A DNA stretch of 63,466 nt, counting the filler, from Octopus bimaculoides (lineage: Eukaryota), in assembly GCF_001194135.2 (NCBI RefSeq). It is 7 parts of 6 records of this genome, joined end to end, with 100 filler letters (N's around TTAATTAATTAA, not from the genome) between each part and the next. Parts side by side here need not be neighbours in the genome. Positions count along the whole stretch, not along the records: positions 1 to 23,602 come from NC_068991.1; positions 23,703 to 52,937 come from NC_069004.1; 5 more parts are not named here. One strand, given 5' to 3'. Positions within the stretch are counted from its first letter, which is position 1; every line of letters starts with the position of its first letter. Positions 12,912 through 26,029 of this stretch are shown in pieces. Under the pieces are notes generated by a model that was not told the origin of the DNA, did no database searches, and saw only the letters and a program-made list of their open reading frames with translations. The position numbers were made by a program, and so were the translations under genes.

Positions 12912-15109
12912 GTTATCAAGCGATGTTGGATGGGACAAACATATACACACACATACATATACATATATATATATATATACACATATACGACGGGCTTCTT
13001 TCAGTTTCCGTCTACCAAATCCATTCACAAGATTTTGGTCGGCCCGAAGCTATAGTAGAAGTCACCTGCCCAAGGTGCCACGCAGTGGGACTGAACCCGG
13101 GACCGTGTGGTTGGTAAGCAAGCTACTTACCACACAGCCATTCCTGCGCCTATGCACACACACACACACGCATTAAAAAAAAAACAGTTAACTGAATACA
13201 AGGGCTTTGGTCGGCCCGAAGCTATAGTAGAAGACAGTTGCCCAAGGTGCCACGCAGTGGGACTGAACCCGGGACCTTGTGGTTAGTAAGCAAGTTACCA
13301 ACCATACAGCCACTCCTGCGCCTATTCTGTACGGCGCACCAAAAGTTCTGCCAACTCACCCCGTTTATAGAATATAACATATATCAGACTCATCCCGATA
13401 TCAGAGCTTCGTATCAGCCTTAACAGCTTGATATTAACAGTGATATCGGTAATATTTACAGTGTCTGGTCTTTCTGATATCTTCGCCTTGACATATTACA
13501 GTAAATAATATCATTCAGACGATATTTTCTCAACCGGAACGGTCTACTATTCAAGTATACTCTGCGGTCGATTTAATCTGTTGCCTGTATGCCGACCAGT
13601 TCAAATAACGAGTGTTACGTTTCGAGAGGAAATTGTAGAGCCGGCGCGTTTTGTTGTCCTTTTTTTGGTTTGCATTGTCCAGTGTGGGTCACAGATGTTT
13701 TATTGTCTGTCTGTGTGTGCATGAGGGCTGAAAATTGAGAAGTTGAAAGTTGTGTGTACATATNNNNNNNNNNNNNNNNNNNNNNNNNNNNNNNNNNNNN
13801 NNNNNNNNNNNNNNNNNNNNNNNNNNNNNNNNNNNNNNNNNNNNNNNNNNNNNNNNNNNNNNNNNNNNNNNNNNNNNNNNNNNNNNNNNNNNNNNNNNNN
13901 NNNNNNNNNNNNNNNNNNNNNNNNNNNNNNNNNNNNNNNNNNNNNNNNNNNNNNNNNNNNNNNNNNNNNNNNNNNNNNNNNNNNNNNNNNNNNNNNNNNN
14001 NNNNNNNNNNNNNNNNNNNNNNNNNNNNNNNNNNNNNNNNNNNNNNNNNNNNNNNNNNNNNNNNNNNNNNNNNNNNNNNNNNNNNNNNNNNNNNNNNNNN
14101 NNNNNNNNNNNNNNNNNNNNNNNNNNNNNNNNNNNNNNNNNNNNNNNNNNNNNNNNNNNNNNNNNNNNNNNNNNNNNNNNNNNNNNNNNNNNNNNNNNNN
14201 NNNNNNNNNNNNNNNNNNNNNNNNNNNNNNNNNNNNNNNNNNNNNNNNNNNNNNNNNNNNNNNNNNNNNNNNNNNNNNNNNNNNNNNNNNNNNNNNNNNN
14301 NNNNNNNNNNNNNNNNNNNNNNNNNNNNNNNNNNNNNNNNNNNNNNNNNNNNNNNNNNNNNNNNNNNNNNNNNNNNNNNNNNNNNNNNNNNNNNNNNNNN
14401 NNNNNNNNNNNNNNNNNNNNNNNNNNNNNNNNNNNNNNNTGGGGGGGGGGGCGATCAATAGGGATCGTGTATCACAGTCGATGTAAAAAACGGGGAACAG
14501 ATTAGGTTTATCCGTGGAGAGAAAAGCCTACGGAAAAGACCACGGTCACCTCAGGCTTTTTTTTTAAAGGTACATGAAAGTAAGTACCTTCTCTCTTTTT
14601 GTCTCTTTTTGTTACAAGTCTATGCTTAAAATGGTGTCGTCTTTCATTATACCCATATATATGTATATATGTATGCGTGTATAGGTGTATATATGTGTAA
14701 ATATGTACATGTGCATAAAGTACTTATCTGCACCATATATGCACACATGCACACACACACACACACACACACATGTACACACACACACAAAATCTATTAT
14801 CCTAGATTACAAAGAAAAACCGTCTAACGACAGATGACTTTGGTTGTGGTATATAATTTTCTAACTATATCAGATCATTTATGAATTACTAACCTCTTTT
14901 ACACAATGGCGTTCTCTGCGCTACATTGTATCGTAATACAAACATGTCTCACATTTATTTAACTGACTGACTGTAAATCGTTCAGTAAAGAAAACTAATA
15001 GTCGTAAGTGCATCAAATTTCGATCTATTAATTTAAATTCGTAACAAACCCTACAGAAATGTATGGAGTTCCCTACATAGCTTGCTTTTAAAAACTGACG
15101 TATATTTAC

Positions 15110-15200
<91 letters not shown>

Positions 15201-15375
15201 CTCTCTCTCTCTCTCTCTCACATATACACATACAGATGCGTGCGCACGCTAACACTTATTCAGTGGAAGCTATTTATTATGACGAAGTTTCTTGATAACA
15301 TTAACCATTTGACATTTCAATATACACCTTCCACACTGTGTGTATGATCACAAACATACACATATGCATATCTAT

Positions 15376-15690
15376 GGCCTTGTGGTTAGAGTATTTGGTC
15401 CACGATTGTTAGGTCCTGAGTTCGATTCGCGGCGACGCGTTGCGTCCTTGAGCAAGACGCTTTATTTCACGTTACTCCAGTCCACTCAGCTGGCCAAAGT
15501 GCGTAGTATCTGGATTTCAAAGGAACGTCCTTGTCACACTCTGTGTCACGCTGAATCTCCCTGAGAACTACATTAAGGGTACACGTGTCTGTGGAGTGCT
15601 CAGCCACTTGCACGTTAATTTCACGAACAAGCTCTTCCGTTGATTGAATCTGCTGGAGCCCTTGTCGTCGTAACCGACGGAGTACCAGTT
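15376..15690 (+). mobile_element. SINE family D (tRNA head plus tccttgagcaagacgctttatttcacg core)
   Basis: A box ggccttgtggttagag, B box gagttcgattc; related degenerate copies near 20300-20420 and 61270-61330(-). Confidence 0.7.
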
Positions 15691-18143
15691 ACATACACAC
15701 ACACTTGCGCACGCGCATATGTATACACATATTCTTNNNNNNNNNNNNNNNNNNNNNNNNNNNNNNNNNNNNNNNNNNNNNNNNNNNNNNNNNNNNNNNN
15801 NNNNNNNNNNNNNNNNNNNNNNNNNNNNNNNNNNNNNNNNNNNNNNNNNNNNNNNNNNNNNNNNNNNNNNNNNNNNNNNNNNNNNNNNNNNNNNNNNNNN
15901 NNNNNNNNNNNNNNNNNNNNNNNNNNNNNNNNNNNNNNNNNNNNNNNNNNNNNNNNNNNNNNNNNNNNNNNNNNNNNNNNNNNNNNNNNNNNNNNNNNNN
16001 NNNNNNNNNNNNNNNNNNNNNNNNNNNNNNNNNNNNNNNNNNNNNNNNNNNNNNNNNNNNNNNNNNNNNNNNNNNNNNNNNNNNNNNNNNNNNNNNNNNN
16101 NNNNNNNNNNNNNNNNNNNNNNNNNNNNNNNNNNNNNNNNNNNNNNNNNNNNNNNNNNNNNNNNNNNNNNNNNNNNNNNNNNNNNNNNNNNNNNNNNNNN
16201 NNNNNNNNNNNNNNNNNNNNNNNNNNNNNNNNNNNNNNNNNNNNNNNNNNNNNNNNNNNNNNNNNNNNNNNATATATATACGACGGGCTTCTTTCAGTTT
16301 CCGTCTGCCAAATCCACTCACAAGGCTTTGGTCGTTCCGAGGCTTTAGTTGAAGACACCCAAGTTGCCGCGTAGTGGGATTGAACCCGGAACCATGTGGT
16401 TGGTAAGCAAGCTACTTACCACACAGCCACTCCTACACCTATGCACACACACACACACATTAAAAAAAAAAACAGTTAACTGAATACAAGTTTATGCTGT
16501 TGTTGTTGTTGTTGTTGTTGCTGTTGTTGTTGTTTATAGAACCAACAACGGCATCAAGGAAATTGAATGTATTTTTTGTGCCACTTAAAAGTTTGGTGAC
16601 ATTCGATATTTTGTGCCTTGCCCTGGTGCTTGGCATTTTAGAATTTAGATGGGGGCAGAGATAGGATTTGAACGCAAACACAGTGAACTTTCGCCTCAGT
16701 AGTAGCCCATAATGAGCCAGTTTCTTCGCCAGCTCTTACTTTCAATCTGCTTTCTTCGCGTAAATTTTAAGAGTGCACTGCTGTGTTGGTTGAACAGCAG
16801 TGTCCCAGTGTTGTTATACAGAATCAGCTGGCATGCTGCTGAAGTGTTCAGTAAGTTCCATGACACCTCAATGGGCATCTTAAGAAACAAAGGAAGCTGG
16901 TGCAGTAGATGCTATTGCCATCAAGAGATGCTTTGTGGATAGAGGTCAAATCTACGGCGTTTGCATTCTGGTCCTTTGTTGTTTAGCCTGTGATAATGAT
17001 GGGCTAACAACAGCTGCAGCTCCTACCTACGTGTCAGTACAATAATTTTAAAAATATTTGATCAGTTAGGAAAACTTCTCTTTTTTTTTTCTCAATAAAA
17101 TGTTGTTACTTTTCAATGCTCTAAACACTTTTGACTTGCAGCAAAAATTGAGACAAGTAACTCAAGAACTTATGACTTGATTCTTAACGAGAATAATTTC
17201 TATCGTACATCTAGAATATTTTCACAAAGCTATGTAACGGCAGAATTGATTTTGAGCAAGGCTAGAAATGTATTCTCGATTTGAAATTAAACATTGAACG
17301 CTTTTACCACTTACAAACTGCTGCAAACGAAAATGAAGCTATCTAACTGAAGAACATACAGCTTAAGTCTTTATGAGAATAATTTCCATAGAACGTCTTA
17401 AATATTTTCACGGAGAGATGTGACTGAAGAACTGATGTAGAGCAAGGCTAGAAATGTCCTTTTGCTTGGAATTAAACGTTTGGCCCTATTTAGAATGAAA
17501 TGAAACGTTAAGATTAACTGCATCTTTCCGAAGACACGATTAAAACAGAAGTAAGAAAATGAACAAGCGGTACCCCAGCGTGGCTGCAGCTCTCGAGCTG
17601 AAAGTAGTTAAAGAGTGAAGCCATTATAATTCATTACTCGTTTCCAACACACTTACATATACATATAAAAAAAACAAGCACTCATACACTCATACATACA
17701 CAAAAACCAGGAAGCTTTCTCGTCTTCAAAAATTGAGAAAACCGGTAAAGCTTTCCTATAATAACAGCAATTCTCTGCAAACACAAAGGGTTTCATATTA
17801 TTTTATCTGATAGAGAACAAAAGTCTAGATGCCCTTCAGATGTGACTGTCTCATCAAAAGTTAGGCTGAACAAGAGGACGTCTTTGGGTAACTCAATCCG
17901 GACTTACAGCTCTAGTATCTTCGTCATATATTCTGATTTATACCTCATGTCATATGTGCACAGGGCTTCGTAACAACAAAAGTGTATAAAAGTCTGGGAA
18001 TGCTGGGGGTGGAGAGGTCCAAGAAAAAAACAAAGCAAATTGATTCTCGTCCGACATGTCCAATCGATTAGCGGGTCAGTGAAGGATCGTATTGTAGAGA
18101 TTCTCCATTTGAGTTTATGTTAGAATGAACATATACATGCAAT

Positions 18144-18423
18144 GGGGCTAATGCAGTTTCGCACCTCTCCTTGAAAAACGCATTTTTTGGGTAAAAATTT
18201 TTTTTTCGGATCCCTACGTTTTAGATGTCGGAGATTATGAATATGCAAAAAAAAAAAAAATTTAAACCCTACTCCACTGCCAACCACTCCCTACCCCCTT
18301 AAAATTTTGAACGTTTTCGAAATTTTTTTCTCTATGCTTTAGATGATGGAGATTCCGAATATGCAAGAAACCATGTTTTCAAAATTTTAAATTCAATAAG
18401 TATATCATTGTGTATAAAGAGAT

Positions 18424-18489
<66 letters not shown>

Positions 18490-19003
18490 GAAGATAGATA
18501 GATAAATAGGTAGATAGATATGAATGTCTTCCTGGGGCTAAAGACAACAGTAACACCGTCCTCTATAAGACCGCCACATTTAGTTCACTAATATATTTTA
18601 TAAATAAACGGACAGGAATAAATAGATAGATAAATAAATAAATGGATGAAAAAGTTCAAAATTTAAAATTGGGGGAGGGGGTGAAATTTGAGCCCCTTAT
18701 TAAACTTTATAACATTAATTATTAAATATTAATGTTTACGATTATTTAAGGCAAACACAAGTAAAACGTAAATTCTTTTTACTTTAATGTTTTTGTCCGT
18801 ATTTAATTTCGATTTGCATATGTTCGTCAATTCGCTACGATCTCTTTAAAACAAACAAAATAATAAAATTTTAATGGGGGGGAGGGGGAATTAATTTTTT
18901 TTTTTTGCATATTCGTAATCTCCGACATCTAAAACGTAGGAATCCGAAAAAAAAAAATTTTTAATGCATTTTTCATGGAGAGGTGCATATCTGCATTAGC
19001 GCC
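18144..19003. mobile_element. Non-autonomous DNA transposon with long (about 130 bp) terminal inverted repeats
   Basis: gctaatgcag..gcacctctcc..gaaaaa..cctacgttttagatgtcggagatt mirrored at 18870-19003; internal (GATA)n. Confidence 0.85.
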
Positions 19004-21020
19004 GCAACCACATATAGTATTTACACGGAATGCTCGTACACAAAAAATATCACGTGCACAGTCGTTTACTAGACTGTCATTTACTCCTATAGTACAATCC
19101 GCAGTCGCATACCGACAAATTCCTGGTGAGACCCCAATAAGAAGGGGAAATCGATAAAGCTGTTCATTATTTTTAATCTACAGAAAAGAGCTGAATTTGA
19201 CGTTTGTGTGTCAACTGCATAATGAGTAGACATACATATTTCAAATATACTAATACTCTACTAAACAAGTACACAACATTATCAAACAAGAAACAACGGT
19301 AATATACAGTTTACGGTTTGTTCATGAGAAGAAATAACCAAAGTACACAACACCGCTTTAGACGTACAAATACTATTCATTAACACATTAGTGGCAGAAA
19401 CAAAAGAAATCATATCTAATAATGTTTACAAATGCTTACGGATTAAACCACATGTGAAACCAGATAACGTAATGTAGAAATTACTAGTGTACAGTATCAG
19501 CAAAAGAACCCTTTTGTTGTCTACAATACAAATCGTGTAAACAAGATGGAACAGCCATGGGTTTTCCCTTAAGGCCCAGATTTGCAGCATTCTATGCGGA
19601 AGCAATACAAAGCAACATTGTAAAAAGACAATATATGATATGCATCAGGTTTGTTGAGGATATTTTTTTGTAATAGAATCAACGGAAAACTTCAAGTAAT
19701 TTCAAAACAAAAGGACTTTAGAAAACATTCAAAACAGTACAGATAAAACCTCTAACAATGCAATGACTTCATTTCTAGACAAATGTTCAGATGGGAAACA
19801 ACAGATATATCTTGTTCGTGTACACCAATGACAAATGAAAATGTCTTCATTTAGATGGTGTTAGCGAATGTTTATACAGATTTATACGGTATTAAAATCC
19901 CTACTTGGAAAACTAGAAGGTAAAACAAACGCTAATTAAAAACGGATATTCTAACAAAGTAATAGACTAACTCGTAGAACAGAAAGAATAAAAATACATT
20001 GCAACAAACGCATTAGAAACCACAGCTATTAAAAAAATACAAACAACGCGCAAGTGTATATCTATACAATCGATAAACGTATTTAAAAAATCCACGTAAA
20101 ATGCATTACACAAATCGATAAATTAATATTCATATTTTAGGAAAATCGCTATAATATTTTAAAAAGTAAGCTTTTTATCAATAACAAACCGCAGGTATGT
20201 AAATTCACAAACTTATGGCTAATGAGATTTATAAATCGGATTGCAAACATGAAATTTGTAAAATTCAGTATTTTAGGCATTATATTAACCCTGTCAAGGC
20301 AAGTGACCCAGTGGCTAGAGTATTGCACTCATGATCGCGAGATCGTAGTTTCGATACCCAGTTTGGGTTATGCGTTGTGCTCTTAAGCAATACACTTTAC
20401 CTCATGTTGCTCCACGATCACTTCAACATCTGACTATGCCCCTCCTTGCGCCTGTACAGGTAAATGTCGATTTGATGAAGAGAGATCATCTACGGCACAA
20501 AGATTTGATCACTGTAAACAAATTAAGCCATTATGATCTCAAGCTCAAATTCACAGCCTCCACATCCGACCGTGGTTGGTGGAGGGAAAATGTTGAGGTC
20601 TTTATTCGGCAGTGGACTGAACACAGGTGATCCAATCCAATCGAGAAACAAACCATTTGTGCAGGTTGTTCGGCAAAAAGATGCGGAAACCTCATCTATC
20701 ATCTCCTGAAGAAGAATCCGCGATATCAACCGTACAAGTTCAACATTTATCAAGGAACAATGGCAATGCACAACGCCACACGGTTGGAAAAAAAATTAAA
20801 ACTCTAGAAAATACTCCGAGTAAATAAGCGTTTAACGACGAAAGTGATACTCAAAATACAACACAATGCGAATATAAACAAATATATAGCATATTAAAGA
20901 ATATCACAAAATTTAAGCACGTGATTGATGACGTAAAACATAATGCTCAAAAGTCGAATTCCGATGGTAAGGTCTATATCAATTATATTGGTTCTGTTTA
21001 GTATAAAGACGAGAAAATTC

Positions 21021-21254
21021 CTACAGAAAATCCGAAGGGAGAGACCCTAAAGCATCAATCAATTCCCGCTGTCTCAGCCTGCCGAAGAGTGCACACCAGC
21101 ATGAGATAATTGCATCTTTAGTATTCAATCTTTGGTAAGAGCGTTCAGAGGAAATTAAGTCAAGCCCTGTCCATGCTGTAATGTGATCTCTGCATCTCTT
21201 CGGATGCCGACCTTTGTTTCTCTTTTCCTTAATCTTACCTTCCATTAATGGCAT
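21021..21254 (-). mobile_element. RTE-like LINE 3' fragment
   Basis: MEGKIKEKRNKGRHPKRCRDHITAWTG resembles the RTE C-terminal GxRxRGRPxxxWxDxI motif. Confidence 0.6.
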
Positions 21255-21310
21255 TCTTTCATTAGTTCCATATGGGCCAGAATGTGTCGACTGGACATTT
21301 ACTCTGTTAC

Positions 21311-21755
21311 TCTTTTACTTATTTCAGTCATTTGATTGCGGCCATGCTGGAGCACCGCCTTTAGTCGAGCAAATCGACCCCAGGACTTATTCTTTATAAG
21401 CCTAGTACTTATTCTATCGGTCTCTTTTGCCGAACCGCTAAGTTACGGGGACGTAAACACACCAACATCGGTTGTCAGGCGATGTTGGGGACACAAACAC
21501 ACACACACACACACACANNNNNNNNNNNNNNNNNNNNNNNNNNNNNNNNNNNNNNNNNNNNNNNNNNNNNNNNNNNATATATACGTATACATATATACGA
21601 CGGGCTTCTTTCAGTTTCCGTTTACCATATCCACTCACAAGGCTTTGGTCGGCCCGAGGCTATAGTAGAAGACACTTGCCCAAGGTGCCACGCAGTGTGA
21701 CTGAACCCGGAACCATGTGGTTGGCAAGCAAGCTACTTACCACACAGCCGCTCCT
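21311..21755 (-). mobile_element. Full-length SINE family A copy
   Basis: Reverse complement of 9412-9812 with a gap inside the microsatellite. Confidence 0.9.
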
Positions 21756-22230
21756 ATCAGAATCTGGAGGCCTTTCAGAATCATATAATGCGATTTATTT
21801 ACTAACACCAAATTCTCAGACCTTGTCAGGATCGAAGATCTAAGACAAATAACCAAATTACCATTAATCACCTTTGTTACCAAAAATAAAATAATCAAAC
21901 GTCTTGGCTACACTAAGCGAATGGTTTGTGGCGTCAGCAAGATATGCTTGGAAAGCATAATTGATATATAAATGGTTATACTTAACGAATAACTAGCATC
22001 CCTCGAGGTTTCATTGGTGTTGCGTGTCTATTGATTTGTCTTTATTTCGTGGCGTGTCCATGAATATGAAGGTGGTAAGAGTACATAGGTTTAGGTACTT
22101 GCTTCTGGAAACTGCCAAGACCCAACAGAGGTAGTTAAGTTACTCTCTCATTAGTAACTTAACCAAAGACTGAAAACGCCAACCAAACAGTAGAATATTT
22201 GGGTGTTTTAACTTCCGACAACAAACTGCG

Positions 22231-22590
22231 CCCTCCGCTAAGGCGGAGATATTGGTTTCAGTCGTGTTTGTTTGTTTGTCTGTCTGTGGACAAGATATCT
22301 CAAGAACCGCCGGATGGATTCAGATGAAACTTTCAGGGATGTTTGGCCTCGTGACTGGCACAGAATGATTAGACATTGGGATCGATTCGGTACCAGACAA
22401 GGATTCTGGATTATTTATCCTGATTTTTTACTTAATTTTTGAGAGCGGTCGAGTTCATTTTTAGTATTCTCATTTATGATAACAGTCAAGTTTATTTCAG
22501 ATATTCTCATTCTAAAAAAAAATCATCTCCGGCTAATCGTTGAGAGGACGTTGGTGTCGCCTTGGCAGAGGTTTGCGCTCAGTGCTCTTG
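22231..22590 (+). mobile_element. Helentron/DINE-like non-autonomous element
   Basis: Subterminal inverted repeats cctccgctaagg / ccttggcagagg, short (gttt)/(gtct) tract, 3' gcgctcagtgctc; family assignment from recalled motif pattern. Confidence 0.55.
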
Positions 22591-22757
22591 TTATTATTAT
22601 TATTATTATTTTTTTTTTTGTGAGCTTCAGTTTTCTTTGAGAAAATGGTTTGTGTACAGCTTGTTATGGTGCTTCGTACGTAGTTCTTCGGTGCGATTAA
22701 GAGCCCAAGTGGGACTAGCATAATCCATAATGAACCGAATGTATTCCTTGCACACCG

Positions 22758-22795
<38 letters not shown>

Positions 22796-23345
22796 CAGTT
22801 TGTTTCCATTAACAAAACCTGTTATCTTTGATTGCTCTATGTTCTTATGTCGTTTTAGTGCTTCACTACAAATTGTATGTGCATAGTGAATGTTCTAGAG
22901 GATATATATATATATATATATATAACTTGCAATGTTTTTGATCTCGATCTCTCTCCACACACCTCTCTCTCTCCACCCTCTCTCTTTCTGTATGCGTGTG
23001 TTAGGTGTGTAATTACTGATTGTGCCCGGGTTAGATTTGGCTGGTGTTTCTAGGAGACAGAGGCTCCCTTGTTGGCCATACCTCTGCGGTTGGTTTCGTG
23101 GCATGAAAGGTGTAAAACGTTTGGCGTGTGTTAAAGAAGCTAGCTTTCCACCTGACGCTTTGTTCTTTCCTATGCTAGCTGCTATTTAGAGCGGCTAACG
23201 GCACACAACAACAGGTGCTTCTCTAAGACGGTTGACACATCTCTCTCTCTCTCTTTCTCTCTTTCTTTCTCACCTGTCCCTCCATTCTCTATCTTCGGCT
23301 TTCTCTCTCTCTCTCTTTCTCTCTTTCTCTATATTTCTCTATCTA

Positions 23346-23403
<58 letters not shown>

Positions 23404-23702
23404 TCTCTCTTTCTCTCTCTCCATCTCTCTCTCTCTTCACTTTACTGATGTCTTATTTCAGCAGAAAAAGTTTTTTTATACTTAGGTGCTTGAGTGTGTG
23501 TATATATGTGTGTATGCGTGTGTGTTGTGTGTGTGCGTGCGTTCCCCTATGTATTTATGTATGCAACTATATATGTATCTATGTATGTCCATATATATAT
23601 ATNNNNNNNNNNNNNNNNNNNNNNNNNNNNNNNNNNNNNNNNNNNNTTAATTAATTAANNNNNNNNNNNNNNNNNNNNNNNNNNNNNNNNNNNNNNNNNN
23701 NN

Positions 23703-23769
<67 letters not shown>

Positions 23770-24293
23770 GTGTGTTTTGTGTGTCTGCGTTTGTTCTCCC
23801 TCCATCACTTGACAACTGATGTTGGTGTATTTACGTCCCCGTTACCTAACGGTTCGGCAAAAGAAACCGATACAATAAGTACCAGGCTTACAAAGAATAA
23901 GTTCTGGGATCGATTTGTTTGACTAAAGGCAGTGCTCCAGCATAGTCGCAGTCTAATGACTGATACAAGTAAAAGAGAGAAGAAAAACAGAGATTCGTCG
24001 AGCCAACTCCATCAGCAATCAACGGTAATGAGTTGATGGAATAATTAGCAAGACACATGAAAGATGTATAAAAGACAAATGGAAATGTGAGGAATTTCAG
24101 AAATTCATCTTCAAAAGCTCTCGAAGACAGGTGACTAATGAAGGCGTCATTAAATGTCCACTTTATTCTGGTCCAGTGAAGAGTCTTTCAAGAAAATAAT
24201 CAATCAGAGGTCATTGGAGAGGCCATTCAAGAAACATTCGGCCAAAGAAAGAACTAAATTATTTGGCCGTCTCGAAGACGAAGGTGAATCACC

Positions 24294-24379
24294 CATATGC
24301 CCACGGGCATATGGCGTAGTGGTTAAGAGCGCGGGCTACTAACCCCAAGATTTCGAGTTCGATTCACGGCAGCGACCTG

Positions 24380-24422
<43 letters not shown>

Positions 24423-24583
24423 TAATAATAATAATAGTAACATCGTTAGGAATGAGAACCCAGGTTCGAAATTTCCCCAAGACACCTGACGAAAGCTGGA
24501 GGGTATATCAGCCGAAACGTTGTGTTAACAACAAACAAGAGGAGGACAAATATCCGTCAAAATGTAAATAATGTAAATAATGT
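24294..24583 (+). mobile_element. tRNA-headed short element carrying a hammerhead ribozyme motif
   Basis: 7-bp TSD AATCACC (24287-24293, 24584-24590); A and B boxes; (AAT)n linker; hammerhead core; (AATGTAAAT)n tail. Confidence 0.8.
24481..24526 (+). ncRNA. Minimal type I hammerhead ribozyme motif
   Basis: gacac-CTGACGA-aa-gctg(10-nt loop)cagc-c-GAA-ACGT-T-gtgtt; stem I gacac/gtgtt; palindromic helix III. Confidence 0.7.
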
Positions 24584-25977
24584 AATCACCTCTCTCCTTT
24601 GGTTCTCCGATAGACTGTTTGGAAGACCACCGTATACATTTATATGCATGTGTGTGTGCGTGCGTATATGTGTATGTAAGCTCCCCACCACCAGCGCCAC
24701 TTGACAACAAGTGTTGGTTTGTTTATATCCTTGTAACTTAGCGGTTCGATAGAATGACGTACCAGTCTTAAATAAATAAGTACTGAGTTCGGTTTGTTCG
24801 ACTAAACCTCTAAAGGCAATGCCCCAGCATGGCCACGTTTAAATAACGAAACAAGTAAGAGATAAAGGATAGACAGATGGCGTGTGACACCCCACCGTCA
24901 CCACCATCACTTAGATCAGGGGTTTTCAAACTTTTTGACTTGCGGACCCCTTTATATTTCAGGCTTTACCTTAGGGACCCCCTCATAAACGCTTATGAAA
25001 TTTATACATAAATATTTGCTTAAAATAACATATATATTTTACATTTATTTATTTAACAGTATTTAACAAATAAGTTTATTGTCAATTAAAAGANNNNNNN
25101 NNNNNNNNNNNNNNNNNNNNNNNNNNNNNNNNNNNNNNNNNNNNNNNNNNNNNNNNNNNNNNNNNNNNNNNNNNNNNNNNNNNNNNNNNNNNNNNNNNNN
25201 NNNNNNNNNNNNNNNNNNNNNNNNNNNNNNNNNNNNNNNNNNNNNNNNNNNNNNNNNNNNNNNNNNNNNNNNNNNNNNNNNNNNNNNNNNNNNNNNNNNN
25301 NNNNNNNNNNNNNNNNNNNNNNNNNNNNNNNNNNNNNNNNNNNNNNNNNNNNNNNNNNNNNNNNNNNNNNNNNNNNNNNNNNNNNNNNNNNNNNNNNNNN
25401 NNNNNNNNNNNNNNNNNNNNNNNNNNNNNNNNNNNNNNNNNNNNNNNNNNNNNNNNNNNNNNNNNNNNNNNNNNNNNNNNNNNNNNNNNNNNNNNNNNNN
25501 NNNNNNNNNNNNNNNNNNNNNNNNNNNNNNNNNNNNNNNNNNNNNNNNNNNNNNNNNNNNNNNNNNNNNNNNNNNNNNNNNNNNNNNNNNNNNNNNNNNN
25601 NNNNNNNNNNNNNNNNNNNNNNNNNNNNNNNNNNNNNNNNNNNNNNNNNNNNNNNNNNNNNNNNNNNNNNNNNNNNNNNNNNNNNNNNNNNNNNNNNNNN
25701 NNNNNNNNNNNNNNNNNNNNNNNNNNNNNNNNNNNNNNNNNNNNNNNNNNNNNNNNNNNNNNNNNNNNNNNNNNNNNNNNNNNNNNNNNNNNNGGAGGGG
25801 AGGAGGAGAAGAAAAAGAAGGAGGGGTGGAGCAGATGAAGCAGGAGGAGGAGTTGCTTTGAGGTTAGTAAGAAGGGAGATCACTCCCGAATATTATCGAA
25901 GTTGTTTTTAATTAGAGAGAACTTGCTGCATTCTACGCAATTAAGTTTGATTTAATTGGTGCTAAAAAGACAAAGAA

Positions 25978-26029
25978 ATGGAAATAACTTTCAGCGGTCA
26001 GAAAGCTTTGGTAACTGGGGCCGGACGAG
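25978..26029 (+). CDS. DCXR: DCXR-like L-xylulose reductase (SDR family), coding exon 1 (MEITFSGQKALVTGAGR-G)
   Basis: ATG in aaATGg context; start of Rossmann TGxGxG motif; donor g|gtaatt at 26030; 52 nt, phase 1. Confidence 0.93.

Noticed and set aside
16460-17030. Coding-like sequence with 64-76 aa ORFs on both strands
   Set aside because: No recognisable domain, stops in all frames, no consistent splice sites.
23603-23702. TTAATTAATTAA centred in N44-12-N44 blocks (also at 52982, 56001, 58016, 60362, 62059)
   Set aside because: Identical 100-bp cassette with stops in all six frames; an artificial gap spacer, not biological sequence.
24305-24378. tRNA-like sequence as a functional tRNA gene (also SINE heads at 1470-1539, 15376-15440, 9412-9480)
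   Set aside because: Acceptor and T stems do not pair; followed by repeat bodies, so these are SINE heads.
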